Notes under the pieces: model-generated | Told to the model about the DNA's origin: nothing | Database searches by the model: none | The model's input: only the letters and a program-made list of their open reading frames with translations | Made by a program: the position numbers and the translations under genes | Part shown: positions 50,621 to 60,862 of the stretch, piece after piece | Layout: every line of letters begins with the position of its first letter | Position numbering within the stretch: position 1 is the stretch's first letter | Source: Nitrospirota bacterium | GTDB taxonomy: Bacteria > Nitrospirota > Thermodesulfovibrionia > Thermodesulfovibrionales > JdFR-86 | Assembly: GCA_963721805.1 (NCBI GenBank) | Contig: CAVRJY010000001.1 | Coordinates: forward strand, 192,001-256,000 | Direction: 5' to 3' | Length of the DNA: 64,000 nt

Positions 50621-52996
50621 ATGCTGAGAAAAAAGACCGCCTTGACCGCTCTGCTGCTGCTGTTCGCCTGCGTTTTATGGGGCTGCGCCTCCGAAGGGAC
50701 GAGTCCCGCCTCCGCAGCCGCTAATTCCGGCCTTCCGCCCATTCCGCTTAAGGTTGCCGTCGTGTATAACGGGGCATCGTTCATCCACACCGCATTGGAT
50801 ACCGACCATGACATGGGCGCCGTGGACTATCAATACTCGCTCAACGCCGGCGCGATGATCATGCGCGACCTCCGCAAGCGCGTGCCCCACATGTTTTCGG
50901 ACGTGATATTCGTCCCCGACATCTCGGACCTGAAACCCGGATACCTGGCCCTTATCCCCCAGGACATCGACATAAGGACGGAAAACGACAAGATCAGGAA
51001 ATTCATCAGGTGCGAGAGCGAGACCTACCCGATAAGGGCGCTGGTCACGATGTCGCTCGTGCTGGCCATGCCGGACGGGACGCCGGTCGTCTCGCATTCG
51101 GCCTCCGTGATCGAGGAGCGCATCGAGGACTGGCCGCTATACTGCAACGGCCGGACCCAGGTCGGCGGCGCCGAGGAGTCGGACTACCGCAACCAACTCG
51201 AGGCCGCGCTCGACAGCGCCCTCTCGAGGCTTGAGACGCGCCTCAGGTCCTCAGGCTCGATCATGTTTTACCGCGAGCTCTCGGCCTCGATGCCGCCTGA
51301 GGATTTCGCCGAGCGGTGGCGGCATTCGGTCGTCGTCGAGGCGCTGCCGCCTTCGGTCGGCCGCATCATCGACGCCCAGCCCTTCGTGACCGTGGCCCAG
51401 GACGTCCAGTCGCGGATGGACGCTTACCTCGCGCCCCGCGCGAGCGCGGCCAGGAGGCGGGCGATACCCCAGGCGATTAGGCGGCCGGCCATCCCGGTCC
51501 CGGCCGGCCTCGAGGACCAGTCCGACTCGGACTCACAGCCGCAGCAGGATGAGGACCAGGACCTCGAAGGCGACTTCGAGGACCCGGGGGCAGCCACCGG
51601 CGTCATGCCCGAGCAGCGCGAATTCCGCCTGCAGCGGCTTCAGGAACAGTTCCGCACCGCCGTGGAGAGGCGCAACTCGACGATTGCCGGCATAAGGGAC
51701 GCATACCAGAGGGAGATCGCCTCCATAAACGCGGAGCAGGAGGCCAAGAAGCGCAACGCCGAGAACAAATACGTCGAGTTCGCCCGCTCGAGCATCAACG
51801 AGGCGATGGAGGGCGTTTTCGTCAAGGATTCCGCGTACGAGGACGGGGCGCTGATGGTCACGTTCGCCGCCAACAGCGCGCTCTATGAGATCAGGCTCAG
51901 GTTCCCGATGTCGGCCGGGGAGGCCTCGGCCGTGAAGTCCTCGGCCGCGCCCCCGACGCCGCTTTTCGAGTTCGCGGTCAGCCCCCAGGGCGTCTCGGTC
52001 CGCAGCGCCCGGCTGTACTCAGGCCCGAAGACCTATTCCGCCGTTATACCGGACTCGGAGAAGACAATAGTCGCCCTCGATACGAAGTTCAACTTCAAGA
52101 CCCTCGCGTACACCGACCGCGATGCGGCCGAGTTCGCCCTGCAGGACCCGAACCTCCTGGACCCCTACCACTCCCAGGTCGTCGTGCCCGGCTATTCGGA
52201 CGACGTCACCCCGGAGGGCTTCACCGAGGACCTCGTGACCGCGATCAGGGACGGCGAACCGCGGGCCCAGTCGCCCGACCGCTGGCTCGTGGCTATCGGG
52301 ATCGAGAGCTACCTTAAGGCCGACCGCATACTGTTTGCTGACAGGAGCTACACCTACCTCCTCGATGCCGCGCAAAAGGCGTTCGGGATAAGGCGGGACC
52401 ATGTCCTGGCGCTCGCGGACCGGCAGGCGACCTCCGAAGCTATCGGCTCGCTGACCTCGGAGCTCGCCGCCAAGGTCAAGCCTGGGGACACGATTTACTT
52501 CTATTACAGCGGCCATGCCGTGAGGGAAGAGTCCGGGGGCGACCGCATCTACCTCCTGCCGGTCGACCTCTCGCCCGACGACGCCACTGCCGTAGGCCGC
52601 CTCGCGCTAGACTCGATATTCGACAAGATGCTCGAGTCCAAGCCCGCGCGCATAATCGCGTTTCTGGACGCGGGCGTTGGCGGAAACACGGACCGCGTGG
52701 CCGTCATGAAGGGCGTACGCCGCAACCGGGCCCTCAAGGTCCGGCCTCCGGCTGACCCGGCCGTCATCACGCTCGTCACGGCCTGCCGCCCGGAGCAGTC
52801 CGCAAACATATATGCCGAGAAACGCCACCGCATGTTCTCGTACTTCCTGATCCGCGACCTCATGGCGCGCAAGCCCGAGGATGACCTGCCCGCCTTCCTG
52901 CACAAGCTCTCGGCCGATGTCACCGAGGCCACCTCCAAGAGGGAGCTCGGCTCGCAGACCCCCGAGGCGTTCGGCAATACAACGGGCCCGCTCTAA
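50621..52996 (+). CDS. Lipoprotein with a C-terminal caspase-like (C14) domain
   Basis: Lipobox LWGC. WLVAIGIESY, FYYSGHA, YLLPVD, FLDAG and SQTP. Confidence 0.78.
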   Translation: MLRKKTALTALLLLFACVLWGCASEGTSPASAAANSGLPPIPLKVAVVYNGASFIHTALDTDHDMGAVDYQYSLNAGAMIMRDLRKRVPHMFSDVIFVPDISDLKPGYLALIPQDIDIRTENDKIRKFIRCESETYPIRALVTMSLVLAMPDGTPVVSHSASVIEERIEDWPLYCNGRTQVGGAEESDYRNQLEAALDSALSRLETRLRSSGSIMFYRELSASMPPEDFAERWRHSVVVEALPPSVGRIIDAQPFVTVAQDVQSRMDAYLAPRASAARRRAIPQAIRRPAIPVPAGLEDQSDSDSQPQQDEDQDLEGDFEDPGAATGVMPEQREFRLQRLQEQFRTAVERRNSTIAGIRDAYQREIASINAEQEAKKRNAENKYVEFARSSINEAMEGVFVKDSAYEDGALMVTFAANSALYEIRLRFPMSAGEASAVKSSAAPPTPLFEFAVSPQGVSVRSARLYSGPKTYSAVIPDSEKTIVALDTKFNFKTLAYTDRDAAEFALQDPNLLDPYHSQVVVPGYSDDVTPEGFTEDLVTAIRDGEPRAQSPDRWLVAIGIESYLKADRILFADRSYTYLLDAAQKAFGIRRDHVLALADRQATSEAIGSLTSELAAKVKPGDTIYFYYSGHAVREESGGDRIYLLPVDLSPDDATAVGRLALDSIFDKMLESKPARIIAFLDAGVGGNTDRVAVMKGVRRNRALKVRPPADPAVITLVTACRPEQSANIYAEKRHRMFSYFLIRDLMARKPEDDLPAFLHKLSADVTEATSKRELGSQTPEAFGNTTGPL

Positions 52997-53081
52997 AACC
53001 GTCACAAATCCCTTCAGCCGGTCTGGCCCGCAATAGATTCCCGGCGCGGCCGGCCTGAAATGTTATAAAATACCCCCCATC

Positions 53082-54960
53082 ATGCAGATTAGGCTCACGA
53101 CCGGGAAGACGATATTCACCAGCGCGGGCGAAAGCGTGCTCGGGGCGCTTCGGCGCCACGGCATATACCTGACCGCCTCATGCGGCGGCAAGGCCACCTG
53201 CGGCAAGTGCCGGGTGCGGGTGATGGAAGGCTCCGCCGGCTGCCGCAACCTCGGCAAGCTCACGCCCGAGGAGCGCGCCTCGGGGCTGGTGCTCGCCTGT
53301 TCGAGCTTCCCCGCGACCGAAGACCTCCTGATAGACATCCCCGAGAGCTCGCGCCTCGTCATCGGGGACAAGATCGCGACCTCGCGCACCGAGGACATGC
53401 TCGGGCTTCTGCGAGAGCTCGGCGGCACGATAAGCCCGATAGTGCGCACGGTCGACCTTGAGCTCCCTCCCCCGAACATCAACGACAATATCGGGGACCT
53501 CGAGCGCCTGAAGCGCGCCCTGGAGGAAATCGGGATCACGGGCGTCAGGTTCTCGCACGGCTTCATAGCGCGCCTGGCGGCCGCGATGCGCGAGCCCAGA
53601 TGGAGCTTTACCCTCGGCCTCACCGGGACTCCGCCCGAGGCGATCTACATATCCCCGCGCAAGGACTGCTGCCGCTACGGGATAGCCGTGGACATCGGCA
53701 CGACGACCGTGGTCGTATACCTCGTCAACGTGGCCTCGGGGGCCATCCTCGATATGGGCCTTACGTATAACTCCCAGATCCGCCACGGCGACGACGTCAT
53801 CACGCGCATCGTGCACGCCACGGAGGGCGGAGGGCTAGAGGAGCTGAGGCTTGCCGTCACGGACGACATCAACGACATCATAGGCTCGATCTGCGAGCGG
53901 CAGGGCATCGCCCCCTCCGAGATCGAGAGCGCCACGATAGCCGGCAACACGACGATGGCGCACCTGTTTTGGGGCCTCGACCCCGGATACATACGCGAGG
54001 AGCCCTACATACCCACGCTCAATTCCTTCCCGGTATGGCGCGCAGGGCACGGCAGCGCTCCGGATCAACCCGCAGGCCCCGGTCTATACCTTCCCGTGCA
54101 TCGCAAGCTACGTGGGCGGCGACATCGTCGCGGGCGTGCTGGCGTCGAAGTTAAACCGCAGCGAGGAGATCGCGCTGTTTATGGACATCGGCACGAACGG
54201 CGAGATCGCCGTAGGCAACCGCGACTGGCTGATGACCGCGGCCTGCTCGGCCGGGCCGTGCTTCGAGGGCAGCGGCATACGCCACGGCATGCGCGCCACG
54301 GAGGGCGCGATAGAGTCCATTCGCATCGACCCGGCGACGAAGGAGCCGTCCTTCACGGTCATAGGCGGCACGCTGCCGCGCGGCATCTGCGGCTCGGGCA
54401 TGATAGACGCGATCTCCGAGATGTACCTCTCGGGCGTCATAGACCAGCGCGGCAAGCTCATCCGCGAGGCCGCACCATCCCGTATCAGGGAGGGCTCCGA
54501 GGGCGTGGAGTACGCGTTCTACGAGCAGGGCGGCGTTACGGTCGCGCTCACCGAACCCGACATAGAGAACATCCTGCGCGCAAAGGCCGCGATATACGCG
54601 GGCGTCGGGCTGCTGCTTGCGGAGGTCGGCTTCACGATGGACATGATCGAGCGCGTATACATCGCCGGGGGGTTCGGCAATTACCTCAACATCGAGCGCG
54701 CGATCATCCTCGGCATGCTCCCTGACTTGCCGCGCGAGCGGTTCCGGTTTTTGGGCAACACCTCGATAGCCGGGGCGTACCTGGGCCTGCTCTCATCCGA
54801 GCTGCGGGAGGAGTCCGAGCAGATCGCATCGAAGATGACTTACATGGAGCTCAGCGTCTCGCGCGGGTTCATGGACGAGTACATGTCCGCGCTGTTTCTG
54901 CCGCACACGGACCTCTCGCGCTTCCCCACGGTCGAGGCCCTGATGAAGGGCCGGACGTAA
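53082..54960 (+). CDS. 2Fe-2S/ASKHA-domain protein (RACo-like corrinoid activator), +1 frameshift near 54045
   Basis: CGGKATCGKC, VDIGTTT, DVITRI, DIGTNGE, SAGPCFEG, GICGSG and AGGFG. Confidence 0.9.
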
Positions 54961-54964
54961 GGGG

Positions 54965-55714
54965 ATGGCCGGGGTCTCGGTCATCATCTCCGCGCTCAAC
55001 GAGGAGCGCAACGTCCTGGCCGCGATAGGCAACGCCTTGCAGGCACTCAAGGACTTCGGGATCGACGGCGAGGTCGTCTTCGTAAACGACGGCAGCACGG
55101 ACGCCACCGGCGCTGTAGTGGCGGAAAAGTATGCCGGAGATCCCCGCTTAAGGACGATCACGCACGAGAGGCCGCACGGCGTGGGCGGATCGTTTTGGGA
55201 GGGCGTCGACCTCGCGCGCGGCGAGGCCGTGTTCTGGTTGCCGGGCGACAACGAGAGCGACCCCTGGGAGATTCTCAGGTACTACCCGCTGCTGGAGCAC
55301 GTGGACATGGTGGTGCCGTTCGTCTTCAACCCAGAGGTCAGGCCGCGCTCGCGCCGCGCCCTCTCGCGGCTTTACCTCCTCGTGATCAACCTCACCTTCG
55401 GGACGGGGTTTAACTACACGAACGGTACGATCATGTACAGGAAGAGCATCCTGCGGACGCTCCCCAGCAGGACCGATTCGTTCTTCTTCCAAAGCGACGT
55501 CATCATCCGCCTGGCCAGGATGGGCTGCCTGTACGCCGAGGTCCCGGTGAGGCTCGGCGTGCGCGATACGGGCGAGTCGAAGGCCTTAACCTTCAAATCG
55601 TTCCGGAAGGTCGCGGCCGGGTATATAAAGCTCGTAAGGGATTATCATTTCGGCCCTCGCGGCCCGCGCGAGTTCCCGCCGGATACGCAGACGTATAAGC
55701 GGAGGCGCGGCTGA
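54965..55714 (+). CDS. GT2 glycosyltransferase
   Basis: SVIISALNEE, VNDGSTD and PGD. Confidence 0.9.
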   Translation: MAGVSVIISALNEERNVLAAIGNALQALKDFGIDGEVVFVNDGSTDATGAVVAEKYAGDPRLRTITHERPHGVGGSFWEGVDLARGEAVFWLPGDNESDPWEILRYYPLLEHVDMVVPFVFNPEVRPRSRRALSRLYLLVINLTFGTGFNYTNGTIMYRKSILRTLPSRTDSFFFQSDVIIRLARMGCLYAEVPVRLGVRDTGESKALTFKSFRKVAAGYIKLVRDYHFGPRGPREFPPDTQTYKRRRG

Positions 55715-55735
55715 GACCGGAGGGTTTTCTCCCTG

Positions 55736-56878
55736 TCAGGGGAGCAGCGGCGTTTTAGCAATTAACCTGTCGTAAGAGGCCTGCACGGCGTACGAGAGCG
55801 ATATTACCGCAACGCAGCATATGACCATGAACGCGGAGAGCTCGCCCGAGGAGCTCCAGCGTAGCGGCCCGTTACCGATTGAGACAAGCCCGACCAGCCG
55901 CAGCCTGGTGGCCTCGTAATAGAGCACCTGTGAGATCACCTGATGAAAGAGGAATGTGATGAATGAGGCATATGCGATAAACGAGACCGCGCGCCTGGCC
56001 GGGCCGAACCTGTTGATGAGCGTCGAGGGGATATACAGCACGAAGAAATACGCTATCGACTGAAACGCCGAGATGTCGAGCGTTACGGTAAGGTATTGCC
56101 GGGCCGCCAGCGACGCGGCGAGGGCCACCGAGATGGCCGCCCACCCCCTGAGTGAAAACAATACCGCCAAAATCTTCCTGTCGTGGAATACCCAATCGGC
56201 CGTCAGCATCCCGAACGTGAAATAAGGCAGATATTCAAACGGGAGCTTCCCTGAAAATGCGACGCCTGCCGCATCGAGCGCCTTTGCCGCCAGGTAGTTG
56301 GCCGCAAGCGACAGGATGACCAGCGCCCACTTCGAGGCATCGTGCGAGAACGCCTTTACGAACAGCGGAAACGCGATATAGAACCAGACCAGGACTCCGA
56401 CGAACCACAGCGCACCGTAATCGAGATAGTCCGGCGTGAAATTCTGTAGCAGCAGCATGGCGCTGAACAACCCCTTCAGGTCCGAATAAGACCTGAAGGT
56501 GCGCCAGAAGTATACGGCGATCACGGCCGCCCAATAAAGCGGCAGGACCCGGATCGCCCTCTTTTTGTAGAACCCGGCCCACGAAGGCCGCTTCTTCAGA
56601 TAGCTCAGATAAAGGCCGTACCCGCTCGCCATGAAAAATGCGCTGACAGCGATCCCCACATTGTGCGTAAACGCCGAGATAAGCCCTGCGACGCTTTCGG
56701 AGAAGTCATGCGAAAATATCATCGAGGATATCTGCTGAAGCGTCGGCCTTGCATCGAACCCCTCAAAATACCTCGCATCCTCAAAATGCCAAAATACGAT
56801 CTGAAGGATCGCGACGGCCTTGACGAAGGTAATGAACTGGCTGATCTGATCCTTGCCGCGGGCGGGGGATGACTGCAT
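55736..56878 (-). CDS. Acyltransferase-3 family membrane protein
   Basis: KAVAI...VFWH, VSAFFMASGY, FYKKRAIRVLPLYW and LWF. Confidence 0.88.
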   Translation of the reverse strand: MQSSPARGKDQISQFITFVKAVAILQIVFWHFEDARYFEGFDARPTLQQISSMIFSHDFSESVAGLISAFTHNVGIAVSAFFMASGYGLYLSYLKKRPSWAGFYKKRAIRVLPLYWAAVIAVYFWRTFRSYSDLKGLFSAMLLLQNFTPDYLDYGALWFVGVLVWFYIAFPLFVKAFSHDASKWALVILSLAANYLAAKALDAAGVAFSGKLPFEYLPYFTFGMLTADWVFHDRKILAVLFSLRGWAAISVALAASLAARQYLTVTLDISAFQSIAYFFVLYIPSTLINRFGPARRAVSFIAYASFITFLFHQVISQVLYYEATRLRLVGLVSIGNGPLRWSSSGELSAFMVICCVAVISLSYAVQASYDRLIAKTPLLP

Positions 56879-56889
56879 CGGACGCGCTG

Positions 56890-58329
56890 TCAGGGCTGCT
56901 TTAGCTTGCGCGAAAGTATCTCGTTTACTGTCTTGGGGTTGGCCTTGCCCTTGGTAAGCTTCATGAGCTGCCCGACGAAGAACCCCAGCAGCTTTTCGTC
57001 ACCGCCCCGGTAGCGCTCGACCTCTTTGGGGTTGGCGGCCAGCACCTCGTCGACTATGCGCTCGATCTCCCCGGTGTCGCTCACCTGCACGAGGCCCTTT
57101 TCCTTCACTATTGCCTCGGCGTCCCTGCCCGAGGTGAACATCTCGCTGAATACGCCCTTTGCGATCTTGGCGTTGATCGTGCCGGAGTCTATGAGCTTCA
57201 GGAGCCCCGCAAGCGCGGCGGGTTTCATCGGGCAGTCCTCGATAGCGGTGTTGGTCTCGTTGAGCATGCGCATCAGTTCGCCCATGATCCAGTTGCTGGC
57301 GGCCTTGGGCTGCGCCCCGGCTGCGACAGCGGCCTCGAACCACTCGGCCGTCGCCCGCTCGTTCGTCAGCAGCCACGCGTCGTAGTCCGGCAGGCCCATC
57401 GCTGAGGTATACCGCGCCACCTTCGCATCCGGAAGCTCCGGCAGCGTGGCGCGTATCGCCTCTATGCGCTCCGGCGTCGTCGTGATCGGCACGAGGTCCG
57501 GCTCGGGGAAGTAGCGGTAGTCATGGGCCTCCTCCTTCGAGCGCATCGAGACCGTGACGTTCGCGCCGGAGTCCCAAAGCCGGGTCTCCTGCACTATCGT
57601 ACCGCCTTCTTTGACCGACTTGATCTGGCGCCTGATCTCGTACTCTATCGCCTTCTCGACGAACCTGAACGAGTTGATGTTCTTGACCTCGACCTTGACG
57701 CCGAGCGTGGTCTGCCCTATAGGGCGGACCGATACGTTCGCGTCGCAGCGAAGCGAGCCTTCCTCCATGTTGCCGTCGCAGACGCCGATGTACCTTAGCA
57801 GGCTTCTAAGCTTGCGCATGTACTCCGCCGCCTCGGCGGGGGTGCGCATGTCCGGCTCCGAGACTATTTCCATAAGCGGCACGCCGGTGCGGTTTAAATC
57901 CACAAAGCTGTATTGCCCCGCGCCCTCGTGGATGTTCTTCCCGGCGTCCTCTTCCATGTGGATGCGCGTGATCCCGATGCGGCGGAGCTTGCCCTCGATC
58001 ATGACGTCGAGGTGGCCGTGCTCGCAGATCGGCTGTTCGTACTGGCTGATCTGGTAGCCCTTCGGCAGATCCGGGTAGAAGTAGTTCTTGCGCGCGAAGC
58101 GGCTGTATGGCGCGATGGTGCAGCCCGTGGCGAGGCCCGAGCGGATCGCGAACTCAAGCGCGGTGCGGTTCAGCACGGGGAGCACTCCGGGCATGCCTAT
58201 GCATATCGGGCAGGTCTGGGAGTTCGGCCCCTGGCCGAATTTCGTCGAGCAGCCGCAGAATATCTTGGTATTCGTGCGCATCTGCGCATGGACCTCAAGC
58301 CCTATGACGGCCTCGTACTGTGTGCTCAT
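56890..58329 (-). CDS. gatB: Asp/Glu-tRNA amidotransferase subunit B
   Basis: [31 protein letters not shown] and [10 protein letters not shown]. Confidence 0.97.
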   Translation of the reverse strand: MSTQYEAVIGLEVHAQMRTNTKIFCGCSTKFGQGPNSQTCPICIGMPGVLPVLNRTALEFAIRSGLATGCTIAPYSRFARKNYFYPDLPKGYQISQYEQPICEHGHLDVMIEGKLRRIGITRIHMEEDAGKNIHEGAGQYSFVDLNRTGVPLMEIVSEPDMRTPAEAAEYMRKLRSLLRYIGVCDGNMEEGSLRCDANVSVRPIGQTTLGVKVEVKNINSFRFVEKAIEYEIRRQIKSVKEGGTIVQETRLWDSGANVTVSMRSKEEAHDYRYFPEPDLVPITTTPERIEAIRATLPELPDAKVARYTSAMGLPDYDAWLLTNERATAEWFEAAVAAGAQPKAASNWIMGELMRMLNETNTAIEDCPMKPAALAGLLKLIDSGTINAKIAKGVFSEMFTSGRDAEAIVKEKGLVQVSDTGEIERIVDEVLAANPKEVERYRGGDEKLLGFFVGQLMKLTKGKANPKTVNEILSRKLKQP

Positions 58330-59762
58330 AGCGCGGGCCTCTTTTGCTTGCGCCAGCCCGCGGCCTGCTCGTATGCGTACGCGGCCTGAAGCAGCCGCGC
58401 CTCGTCGAAGTTCCGGCCTATGAGCTGTAGCCCGATAGGAAGCCCGGCCTCGCTGAACCCGCACGGCAGCGATATCCCAGGCACTCCGGCGAGGTTCACA
58501 GATATAGTGAATATGTCCGAGAGGTACATCTTCAGCGGGTCGTCGGTCTTCTCACCCGCCTTGAATGCGACCTCCGGCGCGGTTGGGGTGGCGATGACAT
58601 CGACGCTTCGCAAACGCCTCGTCGAAGTCGCGCTTTATCAGCGTGCGCGCGGACTGCGCCTTGATGTAGTAGGCGTCGTAATACCCGGACGATAGGGCGT
58701 ACGTGCCGAGCATGATCCGGCGCTTGACCTCGGCGCCAAAACCTTCTGCACGCGACTTTAGATACATCTCCATCAGATCCTTCGCGCCCTCGGCTCGACG
58801 GCCGTACTTCACGCCGTCATACCGCGCGAGGTTCGATGAGGCCTCTGACGTGGCGAGGATGTAATATGTCGGCACCGCGTAGTCGGTATGCGGGAGCGAG
58901 ACCTCGACTGATCTCGGCCCCGAGGGAGGCAAGCGTCTTGAGTGCGGCCTTAAACGCGGCCTCGACCTCGCGGTCCATGCCCGGTACGCTGTATTCCTTC
59001 GCTACGCCGACCTTCAGGCCCTTGATCCCGTGGCCCAAGTGCGGCGGTGTAGTTCGGGACGTCGAGAGGCGCGCTCGTAGAGTCGCGCTCGTCCTGGCCG
59101 GAGATGATCTTAAGCATGATCGCGGCGTCGCACACGTCCTTGGTGATCGGGCCTATCTGGTCGAGCGAAGATGCGAACGCGACGAGCCCGAAGCGCGATA
59201 CGCGGCCGTACGTGGGCTTGAGCCCGACTACGCCGCAGAACGCCGCGGGCTGCCGGATCGAGCCTCCGGTGTCGGAGCCGAGCGCCGCGATGCACTCATC
59301 CGCCGCGACCGCCGCGGCCGATCCGCCGCTCGAGCCGCCCGGCACGCGCTCGGTGTCCCAGGGGTTGCGAGTGGGGTGAAACGCCGAGTTCTCGGTAGAT
59401 GAGCCCATCGCGAACTCGTCGAGGTTCGTCTTGCCCAATAGCACATAGCCCGCTTGCGCGAGCTTTTCGGTGACGGTGCTGTCGTATGGCGGGATGAAGT
59501 TTTCGAGTATCTTCGAGGAGCACGTGGTTCGCACGCCCTTGATGCACATGTTGTCCTTGATCGCTATCGGTATGCCCGCCAGAGGGCCGGACGCACCGGT
59601 CATCGACGAGGCGATCTCCGGAGTGCGCGTGACGTATGCGCCAATGCGGCTCTCGACCGCGTCTATGCGGCCTTCGACCGATTCGAGCACCTCGGCCGCC
59701 GAGACCTCGCGCTTGTCGAGCAGCTCGCGCAGGTCATGTATGGTCAGACGGAACAGTTCCAC
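58326..59762 (-). CDS. gatA: Amidotransferase subunit A, interrupted by three +1 frameshifts (~59033, ~58909, ~58607)
   Basis: [40 protein letters not shown] and MYLSDIFT across four ORF pieces. Confidence 0.93.
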
Positions 59763-59829
59763 AGCCAATATTATCACATGCAGGGAAATTCGTTGTCAAA
59801 AGGGGAAAGCGCGCGAAATCGTTTGAACA

Positions 59830-59994
59830 ATGCCGTTGACCGCTCGCACGATTACGCAAGGGCAACACTTAAAGCGCGATAAATCGCGTCAGACTAGGAA
59901 CGGCGAGGAAAACGTCCGACGACGTACTGAGACGTACTTCGAGGACGGATTTCCGAAGCCGTGACAACGTATCACGCGTATTTAGCGCGGCTTT
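59830..59994 (-). repeat. GTAC-hairpin element, copy 7 (subtype A)
   Basis: Reverse complement of copies 1 and 6. Starts 12 bp after the nadC stop. Confidence 0.9.
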
Positions 59995-60005
59995 CCACCA
60001 AAGCG

Positions 60006-60860
60006 CTAAGAACCAAACCTCATACTTATATCGGCGGCGGGGGCTGAATGGGTGAGCGCGCCTACCGATATGAAATCCACTCCGGTCAGCGCGATCTCGC
60101 GGACGTTATCGAGCGAGACGTTGCCCGAGGCCTCGGTTTTCGCGCGTCCGGCGATGAGTGAGACCGCCTCAGCCATCATCCCGACCGTCATGTTATCGAG
60201 CATGATGATATCCGCGCCCGCATCGAGCGTCTCGCGAACCTGGTCGAGCGTCTCGCACTCGACCTCTACCGGCATAGCCTCGGGCCTCATCGCCTGCGCC
60301 TTGCGCACCGCGCGCGTGATCCCTCCGGCCCCGGCGATGTGGTTGTCCTTGATCAGTATCCCGTCATAGAGCCCCATGCGGTGGTTGACCCCGCCGCCCA
60401 TCCGCACGGCATATTTCTCCATCTCGCGCAGCTGGGGCAGGGTCTTTCTGGTATCGAGTATGCGAGCATCAGTGCCCGCGACCTCGCCCACGAACATGCT
60501 CGTAAGCGTGGCTATGCCCGAGAGGTGCTGAAGGATATTGAGCGCCACGCGCTCGCCCATCAGCAGGCCGCGCGTGAGGCCGCGCACACGGGCTATGACC
60601 CCACGGTTGAGCACGAGCTCGCCGTCGCAGACGAGGGCCGAAAACTCTATCGAGGGGTCGACCTGCTTGAACGTCTCCTCGACGAACGGGAGCCCGGCGA
60701 CGACGAGCGGGGCCTTGGCGATGAGCGCTCCCTCGGACACGCTCTCGGGCGGGATCGTCGCTACGGAGGTGATGTCCCCGGTGCCGACGTCTTCCCTGAG
60801 CGCCTCGTAGATCAGGGTGCTTATGGATTTCTGCTTCTGCCTCTTTGAGCCGTGCGCCAT
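60006..60860 (-). CDS. nadC: Nicotinate-nucleotide diphosphorylase
   Basis: EDVGTGDIT, DTRKT, NHRMGLYD, LIKDNH and LTHS. Confidence 0.96.
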   Translation of the reverse strand: MAHGSKRQKQKSISTLIYEALREDVGTGDITSVATIPPESVSEGALIAKAPLVVAGLPFVEETFKQVDPSIEFSALVCDGELVLNRGVIARVRGLTRGLLMGERVALNILQHLSGIATLTSMFVGEVAGTDARILDTRKTLPQLREMEKYAVRMGGGVNHRMGLYDGILIKDNHIAGAGGITRAVRKAQAMRPEAMPVEVECETLDQVRETLDAGADIIMLDNMTVGMMAEAVSLIAGRAKTEASGNVSLDNVREIALTGVDFISVGALTHSAPAADISMRFGS

Positions 60861-60862
60861 GA

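Noticed and set aside
58326..59762. gatA pseudogene or programmed frameshifting
   Set aside because: No slippery motifs and no other decay. The uniform +1 pattern fits sequencing error.
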